From assembly GCA_963665325.3 (NCBI GenBank), contig OZ224045.1, positions 1,536,001 to 1,600,000 on the forward strand: a stretch of 64,000 nucleotides of DNA. The letters are read 5' to 3'. The notes under the pieces were generated by a model. The model saw nothing but the letters and a program-made list of their open reading frames with translations, searched no databases and was not told the DNA's origin. This DNA is from Alphaproteobacteria bacterium. Its GTDB lineage: Bacteria; Pseudomonadota; Alphaproteobacteria; Bin95. Made by a program: the position numbers and the translations under genes. Shown one piece after another: positions 34,254 through 44,288 of this stretch (positions are counted from its first letter, which is position 1; every line of letters begins with the position of its first letter).

Positions 34254-34965
34254 GGTTCCACTCCACAGTACAGGTCACGGGCCGTCCGCCCCGGCAACGC
34301 AGCAGTTCGAGGCGCCAGCGCGGCAGGCCGGGCGCGGCGGCGTCGATCGGGTCGGCGCCTCCCGGCAGTGCCGCAATCCGCCAGCGCGAAAAGGCGGCAC
34401 TCGCCGGCCCGAGGCTGTCGCGGCGCAGCAGCAGGGCGGGGGTCAGGCTCTCGCGGGCGGCGAGCGCAAGCCGGCGGCTCAGGGTGAAATCGAGGCTTTC
34501 GACCTCGCCCAGTACCGCCGCCAGGCTGGCGCTGCGCAGGCCTTCCTCTATGGCCCAGGAAACATCCCGATCGCGGCGGGCGGAGAGCAACAGCAGGTCG
34601 GCCGGTTCGAGGCCGAGGTCCCGCCAGCCCGGCCCGTAGAGCCGGCCGAAGGGGCTCGCCCGGCTCTGGCAGACCAGCACGGCGCGCCGCCCGTCCCGGC
34701 GTTCGAGCCGGGTAATGAGCGCGGCAAGAAAGGCAGCGGCCGCCGGTCCGTCTCCCGGTGCGCTGCTGCCTGCCTCATGTAGCCCGCCCATTGCCAGTCC
34801 CCGCTCCGGCAAGGCCGCATCCAGGGCGCCGAGGCCGAACCGCCAGGCCTCCGCCGCCCCGTCCCCCGCCGGCTCCGCAACGGCTGTCCGACGCTCCAGC
34901 AGCGCTATCTGTCGGCGCAGCGCGGCAAGCTTGGCGGGGTTCTTGCGGGGGAAAACAGACAACAT
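34153..34965 (-). CDS. imuA: ImuA (RecA-like) mutagenesis protein
   Basis: LDAALP..GL..GGLHE, WAIEEGLRS, RRLALAA, LLRCRGG; start re-set to ATG 34965. Confidence 0.9.
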   Translation of the reverse strand: MLSVFPRKNPAKLAALRRQIALLERRTAVAEPAGDGAAEAWRFGLGALDAALPERGLAMGGLHEAGSSAPGDGPAAAAFLAALITRLERRDGRRAVLVCQSRASPFGRLYGPGWRDLGLEPADLLLLSARRDRDVSWAIEEGLRSASLAAVLGEVESLDFTLSRRLALAARESLTPALLLRRDSLGPASAAFSRWRIAALPGGADPIDAAAPGLPRWRLELLRCRGGRPVTCTVEWNRETGDFGVAAALADRPAAPRTAARRPALAQAAG

Positions 34966-34967
34966 AA

Positions 34968-35000
34968 GTTCATTATTTGTTCCAGTTACGGATGAGTCAA
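34968..35000 (-). promoter_or_regulatory. sigma70 promoter with overlapping alphaproteobacterial LexA (SOS) box
   Basis: GTTC-ATTATTT-GTTC at 34968-34982; minus strand TTGACT-17nt-AATAAT, 6 nt before the imuA ATG. Confidence 0.88.
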
Positions 35001-35094
35001 TAGGGAGGAGAGCCCTCTGCCCCTTGACCGGCCCGGCCGTCTGGCGCACAGAATTGCCGGCAGCGTCGCCGAACGAACCGACTGGGCCCGGCCG

Positions 35095-35625
35095 ATGACC
35101 GCTATCGACACGATGCAGGACAGTGACTGGCCCGAGGTCCGCGCCATCTACCGTGCGGGCTTGAAGACCGGCATTGCCGCCTTCATGAAAAATCCGCCGA
35201 GCTGGAAGGCATGGAACAAAGGTCATCTGGCCGTCGGCCGGCTCGTCGTCCGGGGCAGCGACGGCCGCACGGTCGGCTGGGCGGCGCTCACGCCCGCGCC
35301 GGATACGTGAGGCGCTCCCGGCGTCGCTGAGGTCAGCGTCTATGTCGGCGAAGGTGCGCAGGGGTCGGGCGCCGGAACCGCCCTGCTGGAGGGCTTGGTC
35401 GCAGCCTCCGAGGCGGAGGGCTACTGGACCCTGCAGGCGCAGATCATGGCCGCGAACCTGCCCAGCATCGCGCTCCACCGGAAATGCGGCTTCCGCGAGG
35501 TCGGTTTCCGCGAGCGCTACGGGCATCTCGACGGCGTGTGGCACGATGTCTTCCTGTTCGAGCGCCGCAGCGTCCGCGCCGGCGGGCCGGGTCTGCCGAC
35601 AAGGAGCTGCGACGAGGCGGGCTGA
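35095..35625 (+). CDS. GNAT N-acetyltransferase (phosphinothricin-acetyltransferase-like) with in-frame TGA at codon 72; candidate selenoprotein, alternatively a pseudogene
   Basis: Track ORFs 35095..35310 and 35395..35625 share a frame; read-through gives GWAALTPAPDT-U-GAPGVAEVSVYV...AQGSGAG...NLPSIALHRKCGFREVG; hairpin follows the TGA. Confidence 0.8.
35318..35348 (+). promoter_or_regulatory. putative bacterial SECIS element
   Basis: CCGGCGT-CGCTG-AGGT-CAGCG-TCT-ATGTCGG two-part stem, GGT-containing loop about 20 nt after the TGA. Confidence 0.6.
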
Positions 35626-35643
35626 CGACGGATCGGGGCCGGG

Positions 35644-35997
35644 TCAGGGCTCGCGCGAGAGGCCGCTCGCTTCCAGCGCCTTCAGATAGGCGTCCCAGAG
35701 TTCTGACCGGCGTTCGCCGAGTTCGCGCAGATAGGCCCAGCTGTAGATGCCGGTGTCGTGCAGGTCGTCGAACACCAGACGGACGGCGTAATTGCCTTCG
35801 GGCAGGATTTCGATGATGCCGACATGGGCGCGACCCGAAACCAGCGTCTTGCGCCCAGGGCCGTGGCCCTGCACTTCGGCGGAGGGGCTCTCGACGCGCA
35901 GGAGCTCGGCCGGCAGGGCGAAATTCGCGCCGTCGTCGAAGGCGACATGCAACACACGCCCAGCTTTGGAATAGCGCAACTCCGTCGGGAGGCTCAA
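35644..35997 (-). CDS. DUF971 (gamma-butyrobetaine hydroxylase-like N-terminal domain) protein
   Basis: [32 protein letters not shown]. Confidence 0.9.
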   Translation of the reverse strand: MSLPTELRYSKAGRVLHVAFDDGANFALPAELLRVESPSAEVQGHGPGRKTLVSGRAHVGIIEILPEGNYAVRLVFDDLHDTGIYSWAYLRELGERRSELWDAYLKALEASGLSREP

Positions 35998-36188
35998 CGT
36001 CCTTCCTCGTCGAGTTCCCGCGCCTCCTCGACCAGCATGATCGGGATGCCGTCGCGGATCGGGAAGGCCAGTCCCGCCGAACGGCTGACCAGCTCCCCCG
36101 CCTCGCGGTCGTATTCCAGCGGCCCCTTGGTCACCGGGCAGACCAGCAATTGCAGCAGCAGCCGATCGACCTCTCCCGAACCCGTCAT
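35994..36188 (-). CDS. Trm112 family protein
   Basis: [11 protein letters not shown]...[12 protein letters not shown]. Confidence 0.92.
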   Translation of the reverse strand: MTGSGEVDRLLLQLLVCPVTKGPLEYDREAGELVSRSAGLAFPIRDGIPIMLVEEARELDEEGR

Positions 36189-36196
36189 CGCTCGCC

Positions 36197-36850
36197 TCAA
36201 TTCATCCGCGTCGGGTCGTCGTCATTCGCAGCCTCGAAGCCCGACATCGCGAACAGCGCCTCCAGCATCTGGGCGCGCTCGCCCGTGTCGCGGCATTCGA
36301 GCAGTCCCTGCTTCTCATTGGGTGCGAAGGGGCAGCCCATGGAGAGCGCATTGACCAGCATTTCGTCGTCGGCCTTCGCCACGGCGTCCCAGTCTGCGCT
36401 GAGCCCGCGCCGCGCCAGAAATTCCCTGAGCGCTTCCAGCAGGCTCTCGCGGTCCACCGGGCTGCTGCGGCGCGCATCGAGATCGGCCCCGAAGCCCTCG
36501 AATTCCGCGTGGACGGTGCGGTAGCCCTCGGGATGGAGTGCAAGCTCCCGGCCGATGCGGAAGCGCGCGATGCCTTGCAGTGCGATCATGTAGCGGCCGT
36601 CGTCGAGCTTTTCCGAGCTCTGGATCTTGCCGGCGCAGCCGATCTCGTAAATCGGCGGGTTCGTCGGGTCGGCTCCCTCGGCGCGCGGCTGCACCATGCC
36701 GACGATCCCCTCGTCGTCCAGCGCATCGCGGACCATGGCCCGATAGCGGGGTTCGAAAATGTGCAGCGGCAGCATCGCGCGCGGCAGCAACAGCACGCCG
36801 GCCAGCGGAAAGACCGGGAACACTTCCGGCAATGACCGCCTGAGGGACAC
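36197..36850 (-). CDS. LON peptidase substrate-binding domain protein
   Basis: PVFPL...[17 protein letters not shown]; conserved cnoX-LON-Trm112 order. Confidence 0.9.
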   Translation of the reverse strand: MSLRRSLPEVFPVFPLAGVLLLPRAMLPLHIFEPRYRAMVRDALDDEGIVGMVQPRAEGADPTNPPIYEIGCAGKIQSSEKLDDGRYMIALQGIARFRIGRELALHPEGYRTVHAEFEGFGADLDARRSSPVDRESLLEALREFLARRGLSADWDAVAKADDEMLVNALSMGCPFAPNEKQGLLECRDTGERAQMLEALFAMSGFEAANDDDPTRMN

Positions 36851-36862
36851 AGGGATCGCTCC

Positions 36863-37753
36863 CTAGCTGAACATCAGTGTCGAGAGGCGTCGCCGGATGC
36901 CGGTCGTGAGTTCGTGCGTCGGCCCCCACGCCTCGAAGAATTTGACGAGTTGGCCACGCGCCGCTCCGTCGTTCCAATCGCGGTCGCGGCGATAGAGTTC
37001 CAGCAGTTCCTCCGCCGCCTCTTTGTGGCGTCCGCCGCCGAACAACGCCATCGCGAGATCGAAACGCGACTGGTGGTCGTCCGGATTGCCGTCTACCGCG
37101 CGGCGCAGTTCGGCCGTGTCGCCCGCATCCGCGCTCTGCTCGGCAAGTTCCACCGCGCTCACCGCGGCCGCCACTGCCGGGTCGCGGTCCGAACCCTCCG
37201 GCAGCCGCCCCAGCATGGCGCGCGCCTGCTCGACCTCGTCTACGGCGAGGAGTACCTGGGCAAGGCCGGCAATCGCAGCGGCGTTCTCAGGCTCCTGCTT
37301 GAGCACTTCGTTGAAGATCGCGCCGGCGGTCTGCGCATCGCCGCCCTCCAGCGCCGAACGGGCCTGTTCGACGGCGACCTCGATGGCGGACTCCACGGGT
37401 TCACCCACCAGTCGCTCGACGAACGCCTTGATCTGGCTCTCCGGCACCGCGCCCATGAACGCATCGACGGGGCGCCCCTGATCGAAGGCATAGACCGCCG
37501 GGATGGACTGGATGCGCATCTGCTGCGCGACCACGGGGCTCTGGTCGATATCGACCTTGACCAGGCTGACCTTGCCGCCGGCATTGGAGACGACCTTTTC
37601 CAGCACCGGTCCCAATTGCTTGCAGGGCCCGCACCAGGGCGCCCAGAAATCGACGATCACCGGCGCCGTCATCGATGCCTCGATGACATCCGCCATGAAG
37701 GTCTGGTCGGTGGCGTCCTTCACGACGCCGGGTTCGCTTGCCGCAATCTCCAT
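36863..37753 (-). CDS. cnoX: thioredoxin-TPR chaperedoxin (YbbN/CnoX)
   Basis: DFWAPWCGPCK plus TPR region, C-terminal RRRLSTLMFS; start re-set. Confidence 0.9.
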   Translation of the reverse strand: MEIAASEPGVVKDATDQTFMADVIEASMTAPVIVDFWAPWCGPCKQLGPVLEKVVSNAGGKVSLVKVDIDQSPVVAQQMRIQSIPAVYAFDQGRPVDAFMGAVPESQIKAFVERLVGEPVESAIEVAVEQARSALEGGDAQTAGAIFNEVLKQEPENAAAIAGLAQVLLAVDEVEQARAMLGRLPEGSDRDPAVAAAVSAVELAEQSADAGDTAELRRAVDGNPDDHQSRFDLAMALFGGGRHKEAAEELLELYRRDRDWNDGAARGQLVKFFEAWGPTHELTTGIRRRLSTLMFS

Positions 37754-37831
37754 CTTTCTACCCCGGTTTCGGGACGGCTTCTGCAAGATGGCGGCAGAGC
37801 CGCCCGGCGGCAACCCCTGCGCCATTCGGCG

Positions 37832-39505
37832 TCAGAACAGGCCGACGACCTCCCCGCCCTCATCGAGACCGATGGCTTCGGCAGCCGGCACGCGCGGCAG
37901 GCCCGGCATGGTCATGATGTCGCCGCAGACCGCGACCACGAACTCCGCGCCGGCTGCAAGCCGTACCTCCCGGACCGGGATGCTGTAGCCCTCCGGCGCA
38001 CCCCTGAGCGTGGGATCGGAAGAGAAACTGTATTGCGTCTTCGCCATGCAGACCGGCACATGGCCGAACCCGCCGGCCTCGAAGCGCTCGAGCTGGTCCT
38101 TGACCCGCGCCGGCGCCTCCGCTCCGTCGGCGCGGTAGATCTCCAGCGCGACGGTCTCGATCTTCTCCCAGAGCGGCAGCCCATCCGGATAGACCGGGGT
38201 GAATTCGGCGTCGCCGCTGTCGGCGAGCGCGGCGACCGCCTGCGCCAGGCTCTCCGTGCCCGCACCGCCGTCGGCCCAGTGGGTGCAGACATGCGCCGAT
38301 GCGCCGCGCTCGGCCGCAAGGCCCTGCACCGCCGCGATCTCCGCATCGGTGTCGGCGGTGAAGCGGTTGACGGCCACGACCGCTGGCACGCCGAACTTGG
38401 CGAGATTGTCGAGATGGCGGCCGAGATTGGCGAAGCCCCTCTCGACGGCGGCGACATCCTCTTCGCCCAGCGCACCCCGCGCAATGCCGCCATGCATCTT
38501 GAGCGCACGCACCGTTGCGACCAGCACCACCGCGTCGGGCTTGAGCTCCGCCTTGCGGCATTTGATGTCGAAGAATTTCTCCGCGCCGAGATCCGCTCCG
38601 AAGCCAGCCTCGGTAACGACATAATCGGCGAGCTTGAGCGCAGCCCGGGTCGCGACCACGCTATTGCAGCCATGCGCGATATTGGCGAACGGACCGCCGT
38701 GCACGAAGGCCGGGTTGCCTTCCAGCGTCTGCACAAGGTTCGGCTGCAGCGCATCCTTCAGCAGCACGGTCATCGCGCCGTCGGCTTTCAGGTCGCTCGC
38801 CGAGACCGGCGACTGGTCGCGGCGTCCGCCGACGACGATCTGGCCGAGCCGGCGCTGGAGGTCCGCCCGGTCAGAGGCGAGGCAGAGGATCGCCATGATC
38901 TCCGAGGCCACGGTGATGTCGTAGCCGGTCTGGCGCGGGAAGCCGTTGGCGACGCCACCGAGCGAGACCGCGATGTCGCGGAGCGCCCGGTCGTTCATGT
39001 CCACCACGCGCCGCCAGGTAACGCGCCGCGCATCCAGTTCCAGCCCGTTGCCCCAGTAAATGTGGTTGTCCGCCATGGCCGAAAGCAGGTTGTGCGCGGC
39101 GCCGATGGCGTGCATGTCGCCGGTGAAATGGAGATTGATGTCCTCCATCGGCACGACCTGGGCGTAGCCGCCGCCGGCCGCACCGCCCTTCATGCCGAAA
39201 CAGGGGCCGAGCGAGGGCTCGCGCAGGCAGATCGCCGTGTTCCGGCCGATTCGGTTCAGGCCGTCTCCGAGGCCGACCGTGGTGGTCGTCTTGCCTTCGC
39301 CTGCGGGCGTCGGCGTCATGGCGGTCACCAGGATGAGCTTGCCGTCGGGCCGATCTGCCAGGCCGTCGATGAAATCCGCCGTCACCTTGGCCTTGTCGTG
39401 GCCGTAAGGCACCAGCGCGCTTTCGGGAATTCCGAGCCGCGCGGCGATCTCGCCGATCGGCCGCAGCCGCGCTTCGCGGGCAATTTGGATGTCGCTCTTG
39501 GCCAT
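37832..39505 (-). CDS. fhs: formate--tetrahydrofolate ligase
   Basis: [45 protein letters not shown]. Confidence 0.97.
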   Translation of the reverse strand: MAKSDIQIAREARLRPIGEIAARLGIPESALVPYGHDKAKVTADFIDGLADRPDGKLILVTAMTPTPAGEGKTTTTVGLGDGLNRIGRNTAICLREPSLGPCFGMKGGAAGGGYAQVVPMEDINLHFTGDMHAIGAAHNLLSAMADNHIYWGNGLELDARRVTWRRVVDMNDRALRDIAVSLGGVANGFPRQTGYDITVASEIMAILCLASDRADLQRRLGQIVVGGRRDQSPVSASDLKADGAMTVLLKDALQPNLVQTLEGNPAFVHGGPFANIAHGCNSVVATRAALKLADYVVTEAGFGADLGAEKFFDIKCRKAELKPDAVVLVATVRALKMHGGIARGALGEEDVAAVERGFANLGRHLDNLAKFGVPAVVAVNRFTADTDAEIAAVQGLAAERGASAHVCTHWADGGAGTESLAQAVAALADSGDAEFTPVYPDGLPLWEKIETVALEIYRADGAEAPARVKDQLERFEAGGFGHVPVCMAKTQYSFSSDPTLRGAPEGYSIPVREVRLAAGAEFVVAVCGDIMTMPGLPRVPAAEAIGLDEGGEVVGLF

Positions 39506-39611
39506 GGGGACGCCTTCTCCTCGCCGGACGGAAGGGGCGCAGAATGACAAGCCCGCGCGCTTGGCGCAAACGCCTAATACGCACGCCCGGAAGAACCTGC
39601 TGCGGCTGGAT

Positions 39612-40409
39612 TCAGCCCGGTCTGCGCCGGAGTGCGCCGAGGGAACATGAGACGGCGAAAAACAGCACGGCCAGCGTCACGATGGTGGGGCCGGTCGGCG
39701 TGTCCCAGTGCCAGGAAGCGGCAAGGCCGGCGAAGACGGATGCGACGGCGACGAACGCGGCTGCTACCGCCATGCGCTCCGGCGTACTGGAGAACGGCCG
39801 GGCGGCGGCGGCGGGAATAATCAGCATGGCGGTAATCAGCAGGGCGCCGACTACCTTGATCGAGACGGCGACGAGCACCGCGATCGCTATGGTCAAGACA
39901 AGCTGCTCGCGCTCCGGGTCGATGCCACCGCCGCGCGCCAGTTCGGGGCTGAGCGTCGCGGTAAGAAGCGCCGACCAGCGCCAGATGACCAGGCCCAGCA
40001 CTACCGCCGCCCCGCCCCAGATCACCGCGAGGTCCCCGCGTGTCACGGCCAGGATTTCACCGAACAGATAGGCTTCGACATCGATGGCGCGCGGCGATGC
40101 GACTGCGACCGCCACCAGGCCCACGGCAAGGCTGCCATGCGAAGCGACGCCCAGCAGCGTATCCATGGCGAGGCCCCGCCCGGAGAGTGTCGAGACAGCG
40201 ACCGCCATCGCGACTGCAGCGGCGAGCACGCCGATAACGGTGGACATCGAAAAGGCGAGCGCAATGGCAACGCCCAGAATCGCGGCGTGAGCAGTTGCGT
40301 CGCCGAAATAGGCGATGCGCCGCCAGACGACGAAGCAGCCGAGCGGGCCCGCCGCGAGCGCCACACCGATGCCGGCAAGGCAGGCCCGTGTCAGGAAGTC
40401 GTCGAGCAC
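39612..40409 (-). CDS. znuB: zinc ABC transporter permease
   Basis: [41 protein letters not shown]; GTG start. Confidence 0.92.
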   Translation of the reverse strand: MLDDFLTRACLAGIGVALAAGPLGCFVVWRRIAYFGDATAHAAILGVAIALAFSMSTVIGVLAAAVAMAVAVSTLSGRGLAMDTLLGVASHGSLAVGLVAVAVASPRAIDVEAYLFGEILAVTRGDLAVIWGGAAVVLGLVIWRWSALLTATLSPELARGGGIDPEREQLVLTIAIAVLVAVSIKVVGALLITAMLIIPAAAARPFSSTPERMAVAAAFVAVASVFAGLAASWHWDTPTGPTIVTLAVLFFAVSCSLGALRRRPG

Positions 40410-41128
40410 CCGTCCTCCGGCGTGTGCTGGTGGCCCGGCGCGTGGCGGTTCAGGGCGAGCGCGCCCGGCTCCGCCTCTCCGAACAGCATGCGGTATTCGG
40501 AGGCCGAGGACACGGCCACGGGCGGCCCCTCGCACCAGATGACGCCGTTGAGCGCGATCACACGGTCGGTCGCGCCCATCACTACATGCAGGTCGTGGCT
40601 GACCATCAATACGCCGCAGCCCAGCCGGTCGCGTACCGCGCCCACCAGCCGGTAGAGAGAGGCAATTCCCGGCTGGTCCAGGCCCTGCGCCGGCTCGTCT
40701 AGCAGCAGCAGATCGGGCTCGGCGAGGAGCGCGCGCGCGAGCAGCACGCGCTGGAACTGCCCGCCGGAAAGCGCCGTCATCTGTCGTTTGGCGAGGTCCG
40801 GCACGCCGGTTTCCTCCAGTGCGCGCGCGATGCTGCCGTTCCGCCGCCGGGCCCCAAGCCGGAGGAAGCGCGCGACCGTCATCGGCAGGGTCGAGTCGAG
40901 ATGCAGGCGCTGCGGCACATAGCCAACGCGCAGCCCGGGCGCCTGTTCGACGCGGCCGGCGGCCGGCGCCACGGCGCCGACCAGCGCGCGCAGCAGCGTG
41001 GTCTTGCCCGAACCGTTGGGGCCGACGACGGTCACGATCTCGCCGCGCTCCACAGCGAGGTCGATATCGTGCAGCGCCAATTGCGTTCCCAGACGGACCG
41101 TGAGGCCGTGCGCTGCGATCAGCGGCAA
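40391..41128 (-). CDS. znuC: zinc ABC transporter ATP-binding protein
   Basis: GPNGSGKT, LSGGQFQR, LLLDEP, VSHDLHVVM; TTG start. Confidence 0.92.
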   Translation of the reverse strand: MPLIAAHGLTVRLGTQLALHDIDLAVERGEIVTVVGPNGSGKTTLLRALVGAVAPAAGRVEQAPGLRVGYVPQRLHLDSTLPMTVARFLRLGARRRNGSIARALEETGVPDLAKRQMTALSGGQFQRVLLARALLAEPDLLLLDEPAQGLDQPGIASLYRLVGAVRDRLGCGVLMVSHDLHVVMGATDRVIALNGVIWCEGPPVAVSSASEYRMLFGEAEPGALALNRHAPGHQHTPEDGCSTTS

Positions 41129-41640
41129 GGCGCGCCACCTTCCGCGGCGCAGGCGCGGCAGAGCCCTTCCGCTTCCACTACCGAGCGTTCGATGGCGAAA
41201 CCCGCCGCCCGCGCCTCCCGCAGCAACGCGGCCGGCGACGGCGACACGCAGGTCTCGGCCACCGAGCGGCAATGGCGGCATACCAGGAAGGCCGGCGTAT
41301 GCGTTTCATGCGGATACATGCAGGCGACGAAGGCGTTCAGCCGCTCCACCTTGTGGACGAAGCCCTGCTCCATGAGGAAATCGAGCGCCCGGTAAGCCAC
41401 CGGCGGCTGTGAGCCGAAGCCGTCCTTATCCAGACGCTTCAGCAGGCCGTATGCGGGCATGGCGGCGTGGCTTTCCAGCAGAATTTCGAGAGCGTGCCGG
41501 CGGACGGGCGTGAAGTTGACCCGGTCCTCCGACGCCCGGCGTTCGGCCTCGTCGAGCACGCGGCGGATGCAGTCCCCGTGGTCGTGCGGGCGCATGGCCT
41601 CCGCAGCCGCTGTCCGCTCCGTCTGTCTTGCTGTCGCCAT
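41119..41640 (-). CDS. zur: zinc uptake regulator (Fur family)
   Basis: HDHGDC, PPVAYRALDFL, CRHC...CRAC. Confidence 0.92.
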   Translation of the reverse strand: MATARQTERTAAAEAMRPHDHGDCIRRVLDEAERRASEDRVNFTPVRRHALEILLESHAAMPAYGLLKRLDKDGFGSQPPVAYRALDFLMEQGFVHKVERLNAFVACMYPHETHTPAFLVCRHCRSVAETCVSPSPAALLREARAAGFAIERSVVEAEGLCRACAAEGGAPCR

Positions 41641-41658
41641 CCGCCTTCCCGTCGCCTT

Positions 41659-41681
41659 GAGATGTTATAGTATAATGTCTC
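41659..41681. promoter_or_regulatory. Zur box
   Basis: GAGATGTTATA-G-TATAATGTCTC, near-palindrome matching the proteobacterial Zur consensus, between zur and znuA. Confidence 0.88.
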
Positions 41682-41717
41682 GTAGATCGATCCATCCCCA
41701 GGATACAGGATGCCAGC

Positions 41718-42779
41718 ATGAAACGCCGCTTCTTTGGACTCCCGCTAGTCGCCGCGTTCGCCTCGTTCGCCACGCTGCCGGCCGCGGCGGCGCCCGAGGT
41801 CGTGACCGACATTCCTCCCGTCCAGTCGCTTGCGGCCCGCGTTATGCAGGGCGTGGGCGCGCCGGCGTCGATCCTGCCGCCGGGCGCCACGCCGCACGGC
41901 TATTCGATGCGGCCCTCCGAGGCGGCCCGACTGGAAGCGGCCGATATCGTGTTCTGGGTGGGCGAGGGGCTGACGCCCTGGCTCGAAAACGCGATCGGGA
42001 GCCTCGCCGCGGACGCGGTGTCGGTCGAGTTGATGGAGGCGCCGGGGGTGGCGCTGCTGGAGTTCGGCGAAGAGGGGCATGCGGACCATGACGACGACCA
42101 CGGCCGCAAGGACGAGCATGCCCACGAGGACGACGACCGCAAGGACGAGCATGCGCACAAGGACGACGACCACAAGGACGAACACGCACACAAGGAGGAC
42201 GACGACCACAAGGACGAGCATGCCCACAAGGAAGAGGACGGCCACGAGCACCATGGCGACATGGACCCGCATATCTGGCTCGACCCCGCCAACGGCAAGG
42301 CCATGCTCGCGGAAATGGCCGCGCGCCTGGCCGAGATCGACCCAGCCAATGCAGACGCCTACAAGGCGAATGCCGCGGCCGGGGCGGCGGAGCTCGATGC
42401 GCTGGCGGCGCGGGTGGAAGCCATCGTGGCGCCCGTGCGCGGCAAGGCGTTTTTCACCGCCCACGACGCCTACCACTACTTCGAGCACCGCTTCGAGATC
42501 GAGTCGGAGGGTTCGGTGGCGCTCTCGGACGCCGCGCCGCCGGGTCCGGCGCGGCTCCACGATATCCGCAGCGAGATGCGCGAACACGGCGCCCTTTGCG
42601 TGTTCATCGAACCGCAGCTCGATCCGAAGCTGGCGCAGACGGCGGCCGAGGGCACGGGCGCGCGCGTCGCCGCGCTCGACCCGTTGGGTGCGGATCTCGA
42701 AGCCGGCCCGGGGCTCTATCCTGCGCTGATCGAGAACCTGGCCCGCAGCCTCGCAGACTGCCTCGGCGGCGTTCAGTAG
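41718..42779 (+). CDS. znuA: zinc ABC transporter substrate-binding protein
   Basis: PGATPHGY, His/Asp-rich loop, DPHIWLDP, HDAYHYFE. Confidence 0.94.
   Translation: MKRRFFGLPLVAAFASFATLPAAAAPEVVTDIPPVQSLAARVMQGVGAPASILPPGATPHGYSMRPSEAARLEAADIVFWVGEGLTPWLENAIGSLAADAVSVELMEAPGVALLEFGEEGHADHDDDHGRKDEHAHEDDDRKDEHAHKDDDHKDEHAHKEDDDHKDEHAHKEEDGHEHHGDMDPHIWLDPANGKAMLAEMAARLAEIDPANADAYKANAAAGAAELDALAARVEAIVAPVRGKAFFTAHDAYHYFEHRFEIESEGSVALSDAAPPGPARLHDIRSEMREHGALCVFIEPQLDPKLAQTAAEGTGARVAALDPLGADLEAGPGLYPALIENLARSLADCLGGVQ
42108..42245 (+). repeat. 4 x 33-36 bp coding repeat (KDEHAH[KE]..DD[HR])
   Basis: Tandem AAGGACGARCAYGCNCAC... units in the ZnuA His-rich loop. Confidence 0.85.
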
Positions 42780-43840
42780 GAGAAGGGCCAGGTGCGGAGC
42801 CAGTTGCGCGCGCGGCGCCAGAGCGCGGCAAGGCCCTCGGGCTCCAGCACCAGGAAGACGAGGATCAGGAGGCCGAAGGTCATCTGTCTCACTTGGGCGA
42901 CCGCCTGCGCCATGTAGGCGAGGTCCACGAACCAGGCGCCGACGGTGGTCATGGCGAGGAACACGAAGCGCGGCACGAGGCTGAGGAAGGCGAGCCCCAG
43001 CAGCGCGCCCCACACGCTGCCGAGCCCGCCGATGATGTTGATGGCGAGGTAGTAGATGGAAATCGCAAAGGTATATTGCTGGTAGTTGGCGACGCCCAGA
43101 TAGTAGGTGAACAGCACGCCTGCCACGCCGCCATAGGCCGCCGAGAGCGCGAAGGCGGCGAGCTTCACACGGGCGACGTCCACGCCCATGAGGGAAGCCG
43201 CAGTCTCGTGTTCGCGCACCGCGACCATGGCACGGCCGAGGCGCGAGCGGCCGAGATTGAGCGCCGCCAGCAGCCCGGCAACCGCGACCGCCATGACGAA
43301 CAGGTAGAGCTCCGCCGCGCTGTCGAGCCGGATGCCGAAGAGTTCCGGGCGCGGCACATGGATCGAGGCCTGGATGCCGCCGCTGATCGCCGGCGTGCGG
43401 TTGATGATCCATTCGATGACCAGCTGGGCTGCGAGGGTGGAGATCGCCAGGTAGAAGCCGCGGATGCGCAGCGAGGGCAGGCCGACGACGATGCCGATCA
43501 GCGCCGCCATCGCCGCGCCTGCCGGCAGGGTAAGCCAGAACGGCAGGTCGAACCGCACGGCAAGATTGGCGGCCGTGTAGGCGCCGACGGACATGAACGC
43601 GCCGTGGCCGAGCGAGATCTGCCCCGCATAGCCGAGCAGGACGGTAAGCCCAAGGGCGCCCACCAGGTTGATCGCATTGAGCGTGAGCACCGCCAGCAGG
43701 TGCTCGCTGCCGAGGAGCGGCACGGGCACGAACAGGAGGAACAGCGAAGCCCACACGGTCCGGCGTACGGCCGGATGCGGGAAGAGCGCCATGTCGGCGC
43801 GGTAACTGGTCTTGTAATGGCCGGATTCGCGGAGGAACAT
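42773..43840 (-). CDS. branched-chain amino acid ABC transporter permease (LivM-like)
   Basis: GYAGQISLGH, LRIRGFYLAISTL, GRAMVAVRE, IIGGLGS; start re-set. Confidence 0.9.
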   Translation of the reverse strand: MFLRESGHYKTSYRADMALFPHPAVRRTVWASLFLLFVPVPLLGSEHLLAVLTLNAINLVGALGLTVLLGYAGQISLGHGAFMSVGAYTAANLAVRFDLPFWLTLPAGAAMAALIGIVVGLPSLRIRGFYLAISTLAAQLVIEWIINRTPAISGGIQASIHVPRPELFGIRLDSAAELYLFVMAVAVAGLLAALNLGRSRLGRAMVAVREHETAASLMGVDVARVKLAAFALSAAYGGVAGVLFTYYLGVANYQQYTFAISIYYLAINIIGGLGSVWGALLGLAFLSLVPRFVFLAMTTVGAWFVDLAYMAQAVAQVRQMTFGLLILVFLVLEPEGLAALWRRARNWLRTWPFSY

Positions 43841-43880
43841 GCCCGCCCGATGGGACAACGAAGCAACAGGTGAGCAAAGC

Positions 43881-44288
43881 ATGAAACTCAAGCGCGTGGA
43901 ACATGTCGCCGTAGCAGTGCACGACATGCAGGCATCGATGAAGATGCTGGAGGAGACGCTCGGTCTTGAACTCGACTATGAGGAGCGTATCGGCGACACG
44001 CGGCTCGCCATGTATCCGGTGGGCGAGACCAGCATCGAACTGCTTCAGGCCGAAGGCCCGGCCTCGCAGGTGAACGAGTGGATCGAGGGCAACGGCCAGA
44101 GCATCTACCATCTCTGCTTCGAGGTGGACGATATCGACGCCGCGCTTGCGGAGCTAAAGGAGAAGGGTGTCAAGCTCATCGACGAGACGCCGCGCACCGG
44201 CCATGGCGGCAGCCGCATCGCCTTCCTCGATCCGGCGTCGACCGGGAATATCGTGATCGAACTGGCCGAACTGCCGGCGGGGCACTAA
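43881..44288 (+). CDS. mce: methylmalonyl-CoA epimerase-like VOC protein
   Basis: HVAVAV, IELLQ, HLCFEVDDI, IAFLDP...IELAE. Confidence 0.75.
   Translation: MKLKRVEHVAVAVHDMQASMKMLEETLGLELDYEERIGDTRLAMYPVGETSIELLQAEGPASQVNEWIEGNGQSIYHLCFEVDDIDAALAELKEKGVKLIDETPRTGHGGSRIAFLDPASTGNIVIELAELPAGH

Noticed and set aside
39612-41138. Apparent long N-terminal extensions or fusions in the ORF track (znuB, imuA, pyrG, kdsA, fdhC, dnaE2)
   Set aside because: Artefacts of taking the first start codon; they overlap real upstream genes and better starts exist
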